Shown here piece by piece: positions 36,851-50,731 of a stretch of 64,000 nt of DNA (positions are counted from its first letter, which is position 1; every line of letters begins with the position of its first letter). Where the stretch lies: positions 107,342 to 171,341 of the forward strand of contig NMRA01000600.1 of the NCBI GenBank assembly GCA_002633005.1, read 5' to 3'. Origin of the DNA: Phoronis australis (taxonomy: Eukaryota > Animalia > Phoronida). The notes below the pieces were generated by a model, which was given only the letters and a program-made list of their open reading frames with translations, was not told the DNA's origin and did no database searches. The position numbers and the translations under genes are program-made.

Positions 36851-39150
36851 CTGCGGCTAGTTTCTGGTGGTATTCAGATTTCGAAATACCACCCGCGGAA
36901 TTCAGCAACAAGAGTCAAAGGCAGCTATCTTACGTTTACTGGCGGATCGGCTATTTTTTAAACGTTTTAAGTCGAGATTCGCTCTTTCTTAGATTGAGTT
37001 TGTTGAAATATGTGTACAATGAATTTGAATTACTACATGTAAGTGTAGATGAAGATGTTAAACCGTACAGAAACAACAGATCTGTGGTATTAAAAATTCA
37101 CTTGTCTGTCTTTCAACGTCAACTGGGTTGCACTAATGAGTCTTCTATCGGGAGAAACACAAGAAAGATCAATACTACGACACCTACCGGCACACACACG
37201 CATATGTGAACTGTACGTAATCCTTAACATTCCTCTTCACTGAGACACATTGATAAGCTCTGCACTTAACTTAAACTAGTTTATGCCATGCTATGAAACT
37301 TTGCTAATCCAAACAGTCTCAAAAACTTTTTCCAAAAACAATTAGCTACTCTACATCCAGGGTCTGTTTTAGATTAATGTGACTCAGGATTTCAAACAGA
37401 AATTCGGTCTCACGCTCCCATTTCAAAGTTATGGAGGAAAGGTTTAGCCGAGTTATTGCCAGTGTATAGCAGTCTAGGAATAAATTATATAAATTATGTC
37501 AGCAACAAGCAGAGAATGCACTTTGGCTATAATGAGATTTAATCACTGCTCAACACTAGTTGTTGTTTGTAGCGTAAACTAAATTTCTGACTTCAGACTT
37601 ACAATGTAAGCCACTTTCATCGAAACTGGCCCCGGTTTTTTCAAGTGTTGCACGCCAGGAGTCCATGGAAACATGCACTGAATACTGAAGTGACATCTGT
37701 GGTATGAATTTAGCTTCGCCGCAAGTCCACGAGAACTCCTCGGGTGAAACACAACTGACCGCTAATCAACATTACATCGAAGACAATCTATTAATGACTT
37801 AGAGCTGAAACTTACAGTTCGCATTAAGAAATCAACAGTCGTGTAGGATATCGTTTATTCCTTATCTCCTGAATCAGCAAGACAAATACACAACTTGAAA
37901 TGTTGGTTATTAAATTTCGAAATGACGTTTGAGTGATCTGTCGAAGCTTAGTCTGGCTACTGTGTACGTTATTTGTAGGCTCTAAATCAAACCATGAGTA
38001 AGTCCCAGACATCTGAGTTGTTGTTCAATATATATAATATTATGGGTTATCCGATAATACAAGTACTAGAAGGCAAGTGAATACGGCAAATTTCAGTTCT
38101 CACATGATATAAAATGTGTTACGACACTACTGGTTTATAACACTCGAGTGCGTAATTTTTTAAATTGCATGGGCGATTCACAAACTAGTGCAAAGTAGAA
38201 ATCCATACCTCTTACATTTTATCGGATGCAAACCACTGAAACAACCAAACGCGAGCCAACCAAACAATGCCCGAATTTCGAGAAGGTGACAAGGTTATGA
38301 TTGACAAGTCGGGTGTCACAACTGTACATACTCCCAGTCGGAAAGGACATCTAAACAACTCCTTAAACGGACCCATCTTTGGCGAATTCCACATCCACGT
38401 TCATTCAAACGGAGACGAGCCCCAATAGAACTAATTCATGAGGCGGACATTAAAATCCAAAGCGAGGTTCACTGCCATAAACAAAGTGGAAGTTGACATT
38501 GCCTGAGTTAAATGGCCAGTCCTTCGAGCCAACTTGGATATTAAATCTTAAAAGTGTGTCAATAATAAACCACAGAGACGTAGAACAATTCATTAGAGAA
38601 CATGTCAATGCACCAGCGACTGAGTTGTCTGATGAAAGGGTGTAGATTTTTTTCGGAAAACTAGGTTCGAAACATGAAAAGTAAATGGGACCAAATTGCT
38701 GAGATCGTAGTGTTACGGATTAGATCATGTTGGATACAGTGTTACCTTTCTTCTTGTAAATTGTTGATAAAAATGTTTTCTACACGAACCAGGTCATCTG
38801 CTCGTATTGTTGACAAGGTGAAGATATATTCGACTGTGTCATGGCGGCTCATCGTATTTTGCTGTCATGTGCAATTAGTAACATCTGATTTAGTTGATCA
38901 AGAATATTAACATCAAGCATATACATGTATAGCCTAGGTCCTGGTGAGGTAGGAACTACCGGGACTGACTAACAGGTAATTTGTTTTTCATCTGAAAGAA
39001 TAATTGATGTTGTTAAATAATTTTTATTAAAATAAAAAACCTGATTCGTAAATGAAATTAGAAATTATTTGACCATCAATTCTGCTTTCTTGGTTTTAAT
39101 AATTCTTACGTCTATTGATTTGAACTTCGGAGAGAACTTTTCAATCACTG

Positions 39151-39296
39151 CGGTGGCGGATTTAGTATCAAAGTCCACAAACCCAAAAATTCCAGATCCC
39201 TGCATCCCTACATTTTAAGCTGGGCGGAACCATGTGGCGAAATTCTGGTTATTCCAGTGCCCTGCCTCCCAACTCAAAATCCTCCATCCGCCCCTG
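39151..39296. mobile_element. GGCGGAT-type MITE
   Basis: CGGTGGCGGAT...ATCCGCCCCTG with flanks CACTG and TACTG. Confidence 0.6.
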
Positions 39297-39338
39297 TACT
39301 GCACCTGTAGTTATTACCACCACACAAAATCTATTGCA

Positions 39339-39485
39339 TTGTAAACACAAAGAAACACAAAGTGTATGTGTGCTGTCTTCAGGTGATTCTGGTGAGTGGG
39401 GTGTTATTTGTAAACACAAAGTGTATGTGTGCTGTCTGAAGATGATTCTGGTGAGTACAGTGTAGGGTATGATTTGTAAACACAA
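39339..39485. repeat. ~60-bp tandem repeat, about 2.5 copies
   Basis: ttgtaaacacaaagtgtatgtgtgctgtc...gattctggtgagt. Confidence 0.8.
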
Positions 39486-39880
39486 CATATGTCACCAAAT
39501 GTTCCAAATAAGTCCGTTAATTTCTCTCCTCTAATTACAGTAATAGAGTTTTACATTGATCGGAGCATTACCAACTGCTACCTCATTTCCATGTGAAAAA
39601 CAATTCCCTCAAATGTTCACGGTCTTGAAGGTGCAGCTGGTTCACGATTTTGCATATGTCGATATCATAGTTACCCGCAGGCATTGAGGTTAATTTGACG
39701 TAACTTTCACTATGTACCGCGTTATTTCCTCACTGAAGACAAGCTCGAGCTGCGGTGACGCCATGCTTTTCTTTGTTCTCTCAAAAATCAGCTACCAACG
39801 GTAATGTATGAAAACTTGTCTACAACACAACTCTGTTATTAGGCTCAGATGAGTGACATAAAGGCTAGCTGTTCCACTGG

Positions 39881-40160
39881 CTAAAGAGGCATAGGGCGTG
39901 AAAAGCAAAAATAATTTCAGTAGTCAAAGTGGTTCTCTGTCACTGAAACAGAATTCAACCTACTCGTCAGATATTTTCACTGTTCGTTAGTAAATATTTT
40001 GAATTTCCTTTGTTATCAAAGCATTTTTAGTTTCATTTTCAACAAAACGATTCGTCGACTGTTAGCCACTTCGTTTCTATCCCACAATGCATAGCACGCT
40101 TCCTTATTTGGTATGGAAAGACATAGATGTAGCACATTTCCATTATATGGAAAGTGTGAC
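39881..40160 (-). mobile_element. Second copy of the Kolobok-like terminus
   Basis: Inverted homology to 5040-5318. Confidence 0.55.
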
Positions 40161-42156
40161 ATTTCACCTTCTACATAAACAGAACTGGCGACTTCAAGGA
40201 CCTCAGATTCGGAGTGCAATTAAACATAATTATCTGTCGTTAATACCCATCGCATCATTTAGCTCTTTTAATTGTCGATTTGCTGTGAGAGTATGCGCGT
40301 TTTTGTCATAAGTGGGAAGTTCATTAAAAATTATGTGGGGAGTCCCTTACAACAGATTTTCTACTTCGAACGTATTCCTAAAATCGTAGATTCTGTGCCT
40401 TTAGCGAAAATGCCAGTAGCTTTGCAGTAACTCAAACCTCCATCAAAGCTCCAGCAAGTTACCCTTACCGGCGTTCACATTACTGGCGTTTTTTCTTGGT
40501 AGCAAAGGCGCTTGCGTTTAAGTCAACATGTGAACCAGGTGTGTGTTATGGTTTTGACGTGGTAGAAAACTACAAGATACGTTTATGCACAATGCTTTCT
40601 TGTTTTCGCAATGTCGGTTTTAGGATACAGGATCGGTGATGAGTCAACATTAGATTTCGAAAAACTGTCTTCTACAAATCGCATGTTATATGATTCTAGC
40701 TACTACTAATGTTAAAACATTTCCTGTCGCCTTAAATAGGAACACTAGAACAACTAACATAATAGAGAATAGCATAATGTACACTTGACAAAGAGGAGTT
40801 CGTAATACGAAAGTAATACGTTGTGGTTGAGGTGTCTGGTTCACAGTACAGCAGAAATAGTTTTTAAGAGGAGTGGGGAAATATCGGACAAACAGTGTGG
40901 TCAGAAAATCCTTCTCATGAAAATTGCCAAAAGCATGACTGTAGATTATGCTTTAATTGTACGTGTACATATACATGTAGGTACATATTGGGGATTGAAA
41001 GCACCAAGTGAACCAGTCCAAGCACAGCTTCAATGAGAAATTAATTTTCATTATTTGAAATGATCTGTGACAGTACTGCAGCTACATGTAATACTGCAAA
41101 ACAGATGTCTAGCAGTTTGAAGGTCTTTCGATACGGGTGGGATTATCGTGGGCATGGGGACACAAGCGATCGGTCAAAATACACGTTGATTCTTTAAAAA
41201 GATCAGTTGCTTTGAAATTCTCGAGATTCTAAAATGCATGCAAATTTGGCTGACATCACATGCACGTCCACAACCTTTAGATGACCAAACTGAACCTGAA
41301 AGAGAATTGGTGAAAACTTCCTGTCTTCATCAAGATACGACGTAAACGCCAGGCATGGTTTGGCGTAGCTACCGTGTCACAAGGTGATGTCTATAATTGA
41401 ACGAGAAAATATACAGGGAATGGCTGTCTCCGTGAGCAGCAATATCTTATCCATGTACCTGTACATGTAGGTGTAGCTGGCGCATTGGGTACATGGTTCC
41501 TGTCATGAAACGACCCGGACATGCAATGGTGTGTAGGAGCTTCACGTCCGTCTTTTTTAAAAATTTGACGATGCGTATCTTTGTGTATTAAGTTGTGAGT
41601 GCCCACGTTGTATTAAATAGCGTATATGTAATACATGTGCGTCGGGCTTCTACATGTATATAGTTGTTATTATTTCTTAGTCAAATTTTGTCATGAACGT
41701 GTTTGGCAAAGTCGCACTCGCAGGCGCACAATAAAATTTTACGGCAATTTCGGGCCTTATAATATCATACTTCTGGAAATAGATAATCATGTCACATTTA
41801 AAATATAATAGGCACGTTATGCGAAGTACTTTTCTGGAACTGCGCTGACGAAACACAAGGCTTCAGCTGAACAGCGCCGTGGAATCGACCTCTCGCTCAG
41901 TAACGCTAGAAACGCGTTAAAAAGCAAGACTTCGCGAGATTACGTGATATATTGCCGTGTATTTTAAATGAGAGCACGTGACTTTGGCTAGATTTTAGCT
42001 AGGTCCTACCGTAGGGCCTAGCGTTGCTGAACGCACGCCCGATGTCATCTGTTTCGTCGGCGTTTGATGGGTCAACGCGATGTTCGGCGTGCGCATCAGT
42101 TTTTTGATTTAATCTATTTTGGCCTGTTCATCATTGATTGATATTACTGTTCAAGC

Positions 42157-42378
42157 ATGGGTGGTTAGAGATACTTTTGTGTACCCGTTGGGTCACAACA
42201 CGTCGGCTACTGTTTTGGACAGTCGTAAAAAAGTGACATTACATAGAATACCTGCCAAAAGAGAACTCAAAAAGGTATGTATTCAGCGACTAAATATGTA
42301 AGGCAAAATTTAATTTTGAATGCTGGAACCAGAGCATGTTCTGAACACTTTGCTACAGGAGCAACATACCTACCATTT
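42157..42378 (+). pseudogene. THAP zinc-finger domain remnant (DNA-transposon associated)
   Basis: MGG*RYFCVP / GHNTS...KVTLHRIPAKRELKK / VRQN...TRACSEHF...YLP across frameshifts, matching the THAP C..P..C..HF..P signature. Confidence 0.75.
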
Positions 42379-42522
42379 TGCCTAGCAAGCAACAACCGCA
42401 AGTTGCTGCTCCCAGACCTCCAAATAGTTTACAAGTACCATGGAAAGCCTAACCCCGTGGACATTTCTGTTCTGGAAGAGCCCTTGATTAGACAGGACTT
42501 TCGTGAAGATGTCAATTGCCAG

Positions 42523-42660
42523 CAGGGCTCGACATAACGCATTTGCGACCTGAAATTTGGAAATGCGAGCTGAGATTTTTGTCAGCTCGTATAAAGTCGC
42601 AAAATGCGACCTGGAATTTCCAACGAATGCGAGCTGAGTTTTTACACTTCTAAACAGATA
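42523..42660 (+). mobile_element. Left end of a hAT-like element
   Basis: CAGGGCTCGACATAAC followed by subterminal aatgcgacctg/aatgcgagctg repeats. Right end not found. Confidence 0.5.
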
Positions 42661-44479
42661 CCTGGCAAATACACAGCAGCTCTTGTTAATCCGACCGTTA
42701 TTTGGTTGTTGCCAAATACAAGTTCAAAAGAACCCTAACCGAGAACATGCCTCGATCCCGATGANTGAGTGTCACGAGCCAGCGTCACGCGCTTCGCTCA
42801 GTTCCGCGATAGCCTTTGCCTAACTCGCGTGACGCAATTGAAATACTTTGTGGTTATCGCTGTGAGGTGAAAAAGTTAACGGTGACCAAAAAGTGGAATT
42901 GAATTCTTAACCAAAGTCACCTTAATTCTCGTAACTGAGCTTCATCGAAGATATATTTAGAAGTAAGAAGGACCACTTAAGAGCCAGTAAGCGCTTTTTA
43001 AGTGAAGTGTGAAATGTATTTTTTGACGAAGTGAAAACTCTTAATCGGTGACCGGATTTGGCCTACCGCCAGTTTTAAATACACGGGACATAATTTGTAC
43101 AGAAAGCAATGGGAAGTAAATTCTGTCAAGCACGGTGAAATTTGATGACGTAGGAAGCGGGAGACCGGGGGGCAGGGGAGGCAGACACGGCCCCACAAAA
43201 AAATTCAGGCGTAAGGGTTAAACCGTGGCAACCGACATACAATGTAGGCGTGAGGCCGGGAACAGTCGAGAAAAGAAAGACTGCGAGAGAGAAAATTCAT
43301 GAGAACATTTAACAACTCTGCATCACTGCATGTTTACCTTTTGAGGAGATTGTCCTTGGGGTCAACGCTTTTGCAGCGCAGGTTGTCTAAACGCACTTGA
43401 AAACGTGAATCAAATCAAGCATACATATATTTCGAAAAATCGAGCTGTTCGGGGGAAATGTCCGTTTGTCACTCTGTACACAGTGTAAATCCGACACTGC
43501 CAAGTATGCACGATGGAAGTTGAGACTCCAAATTCGTCGAAAAAAAACAAAACATTCGTTCATAGCCCAGCCATTTGACACAAATAACCAAAAATATGAA
43601 AAAATACGATTGCCACGATCGAAAGGGTGGAATTTTGAAGAACGTGAAACCACTATTTGTGAATTACACAAAAGGACTATTTCCGATAGTTAGTTATAAA
43701 ATAATGTTACTGTTTCCCGTAGTATCACAAGAATAGTAGGCCTATCTCTTTTGAAGATGGTTACTATGGGTTGTTTGTAAGGAATTCCCACATGTGGAAA
43801 ACGCTGCTGTCTAGGCTACTATTTGTGATGGCCGTGTACATGTCGAAAGGGGTTACTCAAAGAACTCTCGCAATCCTAAACAAAGATTTCAGCGTTGTTT
43901 TTTATCACTGCAGTTTAAGTCTATCTCGTGAACCGTTAGAGGTACCTCTGAAATGAGCAAAAATACACCTTAATACGAATACCCTATCTCCCATATTACC
44001 ACGTTTACCCGTCAGAAGTCTGCAAGCATGCATGCGGAAATTGCTTATAACATTCCGTTTTGATAAACAAATTCGTTGGTTTCTGATATACTTGTTTCTG
44101 TATCTATGAAAATCGATATAGTCATAGACGATGTTTGACATTTAGAAAGAAGCTAATCTTGTAAGAATTGATGTTTCAGTGAATTTAATTGCAGGTTGAA
44201 GTTGGAAAAACTCTATAATCATATCCCCAAATAGTAAAGAGCAGTCTTACAGACGATTTTTGCATATCTAAAATATCTATCAGACATTAATGAAATCCGG
44301 ACTCACAAACCGTAGATAGAAAAAACTTTTAAAAATCCTTATATGAATGAAATTAAACTCATTGCTTGGAATGGTTGTTCCTTGATGTTTTTAGTTTCTA
44401 GTATACAGTAGTATCGAATTTTTGTTGAAAACTGAATTGATTGCTTGTCTTGATTCGCGTGCACGTCATGACTGACGTA

Positions 44480-45362
44480 CATTGCTCAAAGTATGCTTAC
44501 ATATCTTAAACAAAACAACTTGATCTATCATCGTCAATTTGATTTTTCGCCTGGAAACAGCACCGTGGCACAACTTGTTTAAATGGTACATAACATTCAT
44601 TCACATTTTGAGAAGGGCGAGAGTGTCAGGTCCATTTTTCTAGATATAGCTTCTGCTTTCGACTGTGTCCCTCACGACCTTCTACTTCACAAACTTCTAT
44701 CCTATGGCATTACCGGTAATCTTTTAAACATGATTACCTAATATCTCTCCGAAAGAACATACAGTGTTCGTGTCGACGGCGTAATTTCAACTTTTTTCAC
44801 TCCTAGATTTGTAAACGCAGGTGTACCGCAATGTAGCGTATTGGGCCCTCTTCTCTTCTTGGTTTATATTAATGACCTTCCTGATAACCTGTCATGTAGC
44901 ACATACATTTATGCAGACGACACGGCGCTTTTTTATCCCTTCGTAGGGAGCAGCCCTGAAAGTTCTTTGCAGCTTCAATACGATTTCAATTAACTCAGCC
45001 ATTGGTCACAAGAATAGAGAATGAATTTTAAACCAGAAAAAAAAACGTTGACCTCACCTTCTCCAAATCTAGTAATGCTCTCTTTCTTGTTGACCCATCT
45101 TATGACCTTAAACATAATGATGAAATCATTCCCAGAAAACAATCGCACAGACATCTTGGTATACTGTTAGATGAAAAACTCTCATTCCCACCTAACGTTC
45201 GGGAGCTCGTACGCAAAATTCAGAAACTAATTAACCCACTTAAGCTTGTCTCTCGTCATCTGAATTCTACACATTTAGAAGTTTTGTTCAAATCATTTAT
45301 ACTTCCACAAATCGATTATTGTGACATTATTTATCAGTCGGCCAATACGGGTGCACTTCAAT
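44480..45362 (+). mobile_element. 5'-truncated CR1-group LINE, RT region (pseudogenised)
   Basis: Motifs [47 protein letters not shown] and YADDT, with stops. Confidence 0.92.
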
Positions 45363-45364
45363 AG

Positions 45365-47419
45365 ATAAATATCACTTAAAAAAATGGCATACCCTCGTTA
45401 AAAATAATATTTAACCCTGCTGTAGAGCCCGTGCAAAATCTCAGTGATCCAGGAGAACTGAATTTGAACTCCAGGCGCTGAGAAAGTGTGCAAATTTTTG
45501 TGACACACTATCCTTTTCCCCACCAATTGGACAACCTGTCGTGTTTAACTATGGGACTTCGGGACTCCATATTATCAAAAAATCCTTCAAAGAATGACCA
45601 TAATATAATAAAGTTTTCCTGAAACTGGATCACAATAAAACGAATCTTGACCTTAGACCGAGCGCAGACGGCCGGTTACGAGCTGCCTGTCTCAAGTGAA
45701 TCACAGCTGAGCTGACTGGCAACTAGCTTTAGATCATCGAGGAATTTCGTATTTCCACACTATTAGGTCTCGGCTATAGCTACTTGAGGCAGCTTCTCGC
45801 TACCAGACAGTGTACATGTACTTGTCCTAGGCCCCTTCTTACTCTCCGTATTGGTTCACGGTTACTCATCACCGGGGTTGTCCCAGGGGCGGATCCAGGA
45901 TTCTGAGTTGGGGGGTAGGGCTGAGTATTAGCCATATTTTTACCCGTCAGAGATTCGCACCCCCGAACTGCCGACTGGAATTTGGGAGAATTTTAGGTGT
46001 GGCATAGCCCCTTCGCTTCACATAAATCCGCCACCTCTCCCCTAGGGTGAACGTTAGATATTTGGTACAAATATGGTGGCACTGGGAGAACGGGGGCAAG
46101 GGAGGGTGGCGGAGGTGTTGGCGATGGGGGGTCGTTTGGCGAAGTCGAAATGGTTTGTGCCCCCCCCTCCCCAATAATTTTTGCCTTCCTACGGGCCTAC
46201 GTTTTCACACTAAATCCGCGATATTCAAAGCACAGTATCTCGTTTGTCTGAACCATAGATTTTCCAATATAGAGGTCTGAACGACCTAATGCGTCAGCGT
46301 CCCTAGTGGTCAATCGTTCTTGGGATATCCCAATTACGACAGTCAATCATGTGACGTATATGATGTCATGTTAAACAAATAACATTTATACCAGTACCAG
46401 CTGAGAGATCGTCACTGTAAATCAAAAACGGTTCAAAGAAACAGAATTGTTTGCATCTTTCTGCAATGAACTAGAAAACACCACGCCATCTTCAGACTAT
46501 GCTACTAAAACTACTGAGGAAGCGTACTCAGGTAAAAGTTTTGTTTGACGTTCAACTGTCTGAGCTAATTAAGTCGCTGTATAGTGCCTGCTGGGTCCTG
46601 CTACCGGGTGTCAGCACCTCCAGCATTTTAATGTGCCGGTACTTTTTCTGCAGCAACACAGGAACAGACGACATTCTCCTGGAGTCTGTTTCGTGAATAG
46701 TTGGTCTTACACCCCCTTTCACAATTGCCAAATAAAGATTTAGTGACGTAACTATTATCTCATCACTGTCGACGATTTGTAAGAAAATGTTCACTTATCA
46801 CAAATACATTCTGATACTTTACTCGTTTGCTTAACTCAATTTAAATTTTTTTCAAAATGTTTGTGGCACGTTGGATGATGCGATCACAAAGGTTGTGGTC
46901 AATAAATAAGTATAAGGTCCGACCCATTTTTTTCTTCACCAACCGCCGTTAAGCGTACCTCAAGACTCTTGCTCAAGCTGTTTCCATTATAATGACAAAA
47001 AATGAAAATTGAAAATGAAGCAGTAAAATTAGGAACAATTTGTTTACTACAACACTGTCGAATTCAACGAAACCGTGCAGATAAACGGAAGATCGCATTG
47101 CAAACTCTCGCCGCTGGTCTCGTGAAATTTCGGGGTGGCAAAGTTAGCTCTAACACTAGAATGCACAGGCCACGCATGAGAATTGTCATTCTGGTTGTAA
47201 AGTTGTTTGGATTAATCTAAGGCTAAGAAGTACAGCACACGCTTATACTTAAGGACACGACATCCTTACGGTACGTTGTCCAGTTGGTTAATCGTGATGT
47301 ACCTTTCTTTGCAGTAAAGGCCTATGGCTGCTGTTGGTTGTCGTTGGCGTGTTCGTCTTCGGGATATGCTATCAATACACGTGCACGATTAGTGAGTACG
47401 AAGATCCATTCAATGTCGT
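45365..47419 (+). repeat. ~2-kb near-identical copy of 48425-50488 (likely uncollapsed allele)
   Basis: ORFs 46499/49568 and 46552/49621 are identical and 47002/50071 differ by one residue. Only scattered SNPs and small indels; bounded by a single N. Confidence 0.9.
47315..47419 (+). other. Truncated duplicate of the gene B exon (probably alternative haplotype, cut at N)
   Basis: Identical to 50384-50488 and ends at the N at 47420. Confidence 0.8.
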
Positions 47420-47420
47420 N

Positions 47421-48425
47421 TACGGGTGCACTCCAACATTTGGAGAAGTTACAGTATCAAGCTGCCTTACTCATAACCGGAGCTTACAGGGGATCCAACA
47501 GTGTTAAGGTTGTGAATAGTCTTAAGTGGCCCAAGCTGTCTACTCGACGCAATCTTCACATGACCACATTTACTTTCGAAGTAATAAACAACGCCAATAA
47601 CGTCTCTGTCAAAAAATATTTGATCTATACACTAGACAAGGCCATCGTAGTGATTTGAGGTCCTCCACCCCATATGCAATTCCTCCGTCATTCAGTCAGG
47701 CATTCAGAAGGTCTACAGTCATGACGTGCATCAACAACTGGAATTCTCTTCCAGTCTCTGTTCAGGAAAGCAACTCTTTTACCAGTATAAAAAATAACTT
47801 TAGAACTGTTTGTCACAATTTTGATAACTCAGCACCCTTAACTCAGTTCTCCCTTTCCTGCTATAACGAAATAGCATTGTTAAGATTAAGATGTGGTCTT
47901 TTCCTCAAATCTGACAAGTTTAGGCATAACTTTAGTAATGTTTCTCCAAACTGTAAATGTGGTGACCATTAATCTTATCCTCATATTTTCTTCAAAATTC
48001 CCCCCATTGAATACCTGAGAGACTCACTCTTTCTTGCACTCAATGAAAACCAATCAATTGTTGATGTTCTCAATTCTTGTAGTAATATCCCTACTAATGT
48101 TACATTATTATTGAACGGTAGTCCTAACTTTGACGTCGTTCTCAATGAATTCCTCCTAAGCAACGTTACCAAATTTTTATGTACCGTTTATCAAGATTGC
48201 TGCTTCTGATTTCCATACATGAATCTGTTCGTGTTTTTGTTTTTATATATTCGCAAAAACATATCTAAATATTGGGATACTTATATTAGATACTACTTAA
48301 ATTTATATACATCTATGTATATTAGTTTCAATTATGAAATGTTTACAACCCAGATATAATGCTTCGCGATTTCTGGGTTTGTCATCATTTCTTTGTATGT
48401 CTTTTGTATTCTTCAATAAATATAT
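47421..48425 (+). mobile_element. 3' continuation of the same CR1-group LINE
   Basis: Starts with tacgggtgcact, overlapping 45346-45357. Encodes LEKLQYQAALLITGA...WNSLP...RLRCG...SPNCKCG and ends with AATAAA. Confidence 0.9.
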
Positions 48426-50383
48426 ATCACTTCAAAAAATGACGTACCCTCGTTAAAAATAATATTTAACCCTGCAGTTGAGCCCGTGCAAAATCTCAGT
48501 GATCCAGGGGAACTGAATTTGAACTCCAGGCGCTGAGAAAGTGTGTAAATTTTTGAGACCCACTATCCTTTTCCCCAGCTACCAGAAATTGGACAACCTG
48601 TCGTGTTTAACTATGGGACTTCGGGACTCCATATTTTCAAAATATCCTTCAAAGAATGACCATAATAAAATAAAGTTTTCATGAAACTGGATCACAATAA
48701 AACGAATCTTGACCTTAGACCGAGCGCAGACGGCCGGTTACGAGCTGCCTGTCTCAAGTGAATCACAGCTGAGCTGACTAGCAACTAGCTTTAGATCATC
48801 GAGGAATTTCGTATTTTCACACTATTAGGTCTCGGCTATAGCTATTTGAGGCAGCTTCTCGCTACCAGACAGTGTACATGTACTTGTCCCTTCTAGACCC
48901 CTTCTTACTCTCCGTATTGGTTCACGGTTACTCATCACCGGGGTTGTCCCAGGGGCGGATCCAGGATTCTGAGTTGGGGGGGTAGGGCTGAGTATTGGCC
49001 ATTTTTTTACCCGTCAGAAATTCGCACCCCCGAACTGCCAACTGGAATTTGGGAGAATTTTAGGTGTGGCATAGCTCCTTCGCTTCACATAAATCCGCCA
49101 CCTCTCCCCTAGGGTGAACGTTAGATATTTGGTACAAATATGGTGGCACTGGGAGCACGGGGGCAAGGGAGGGTGGCGGAGGTGTTGGCGATGGGGGGTC
49201 GTTTGGCGAAGTCGAAATGGTTTGTGCCCCCCTCCCCAATAATTTTTGCCTTACTACGGGCTTACGTTTCATTTCACACTAAATCCGCGATATTCAAAGC
49301 ACAGTATCTCGTTTGTGTGAAACATAGATTTTCCAATATAGAGGTCTGAACGACCTAATGCGTCAGCGTCCCTAGTGGTCAATCGTTCTTGGGATATCCC
49401 AATTACGAAAGTCAATCATGTGACGTACATGATGTCATGTTAAACAAATAACATTTATACCAGTACCAGCTGAGAGATCGTCACTGTAAATCAAAAACGG
49501 TTCAAAGAAACAGAATTGTTTGCATCTTTCTGCAATGAACTAGAAAACATCACGCCATCTTCAGACTATGCTACTAAAACTACTGAGGAAGCGTACTCAG
49601 GTAAAAGTTTTGTTTGACGTTCAACTGTCTGAGCTAATTAAGTCGCTGTATAGTGCCTGCTGGGTCCTGCTACCGGGTGTCAGCACCTCCAGCATTTTAA
49701 TGTGCCGGTACTTTTTCTGCAGCAACACAGGAACAGACGACATTCTCCTGGAGTCTGTTTCGTGAATAGTTGGTCTTACACCCCCTTTCACAATTGCCAA
49801 ATAAAGATTTAGTGACGTAACTATTATCTCATCACTGTCGACGATTTGTAAGAAAATGTTCACTTATCACAAATACATTCTGATACTTTACTCGTTTGCT
49901 TAACTCAATTTAAATTTTTTTCAAAATGTTTGTGGCACGTTGGATGATGCGATCACAAAGGTTGTGGTCAATAAATAAGTATAAGGTCCGACCCATTTTT
50001 TTCTTCACCAACCGCCGTTAAGCGTACCTCAAGACTCTTGCTCAAGCTGTTTCCATTATAATGACAAAAAATGAAAATTGAAAATGAAGCAGTAAAATTA
50101 GGAACAATTTGTTTACTACAACACTGTCGAATTCAACGAAACCGTGCAGATAAACGGAAGATCGCATTGCAAACTCTCGCCGCTGGTCTCGTGAAATTTC
50201 GGGGTGGCAAAGTTAGCTCTAACACTAGAATGCACAGGCCACGCATGAGAATTGTCATTCTGGTTGTAAACTTGTTTGGATTAATCTGAGGCTAAGAAAC
50301 ACAGCACACGCTTATACTTAAGGGCACGACATCCTTACGGTACGTTGTCCAGTTGGTTAATCGTGATGTACCTTTCTTTGCAG

Positions 50384-50731
50384 TAAAGGCCTATGGCTGC
50401 TGTTGGTTGTCGTTGGCGTGTTCGTCTTCGGGATATGCTATCAATACACGTGCACGATTAGTGAGTACGAAGATCCATTCAATGTCGTGGAGCCACGTAA
50501 CATTCGTGTACACGAAAACTGGACATCGTACACACCACCCATACAGCATACGCCATCAAAGCCCTCCGCCGCACCAGTTACATTTGTGTACCTGACACAG
50601 ACCCCTGAATGTTTAAAATTGTATCACCTCAGTGCTGACGTAATAGGAAGTCACCAAGACTGCCGCTGTGCTGTGGTTGTCTTGTCGCACAAGAAACCAT
50701 GTACAAAGAATTGGTCGCGTCCACACATTAG
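50384..50731 (+). CDS. Gene B internal coding exon (paralog of 21807-22172)
   Basis: Acceptor ctttctttgcag|T and donor AG|gtaggt. Encodes KGLWLLLVVVGVFVFGICYQY...VTFVYLTQTPECL...CRCAVVVLSH. Confidence 0.88.

Noticed and set aside
38260-38460. FREGDKVMI...GP resembling an integrase C-terminal GPY/F module
   Set aside because: Too short and unsupported by adjacent domains.
46499-47220. Identical ORF pairs taken as conserved small proteins
   Set aside because: Identity comes from the near-identical duplicated (allelic) block, not from selection.
47284-47658. Apparent fusion ORF of gene exon and LINE; third gene copy
   Set aside because: It spans the assembly N at 47420, uses the wrong frame for the exon and is explained by a haplotype join.
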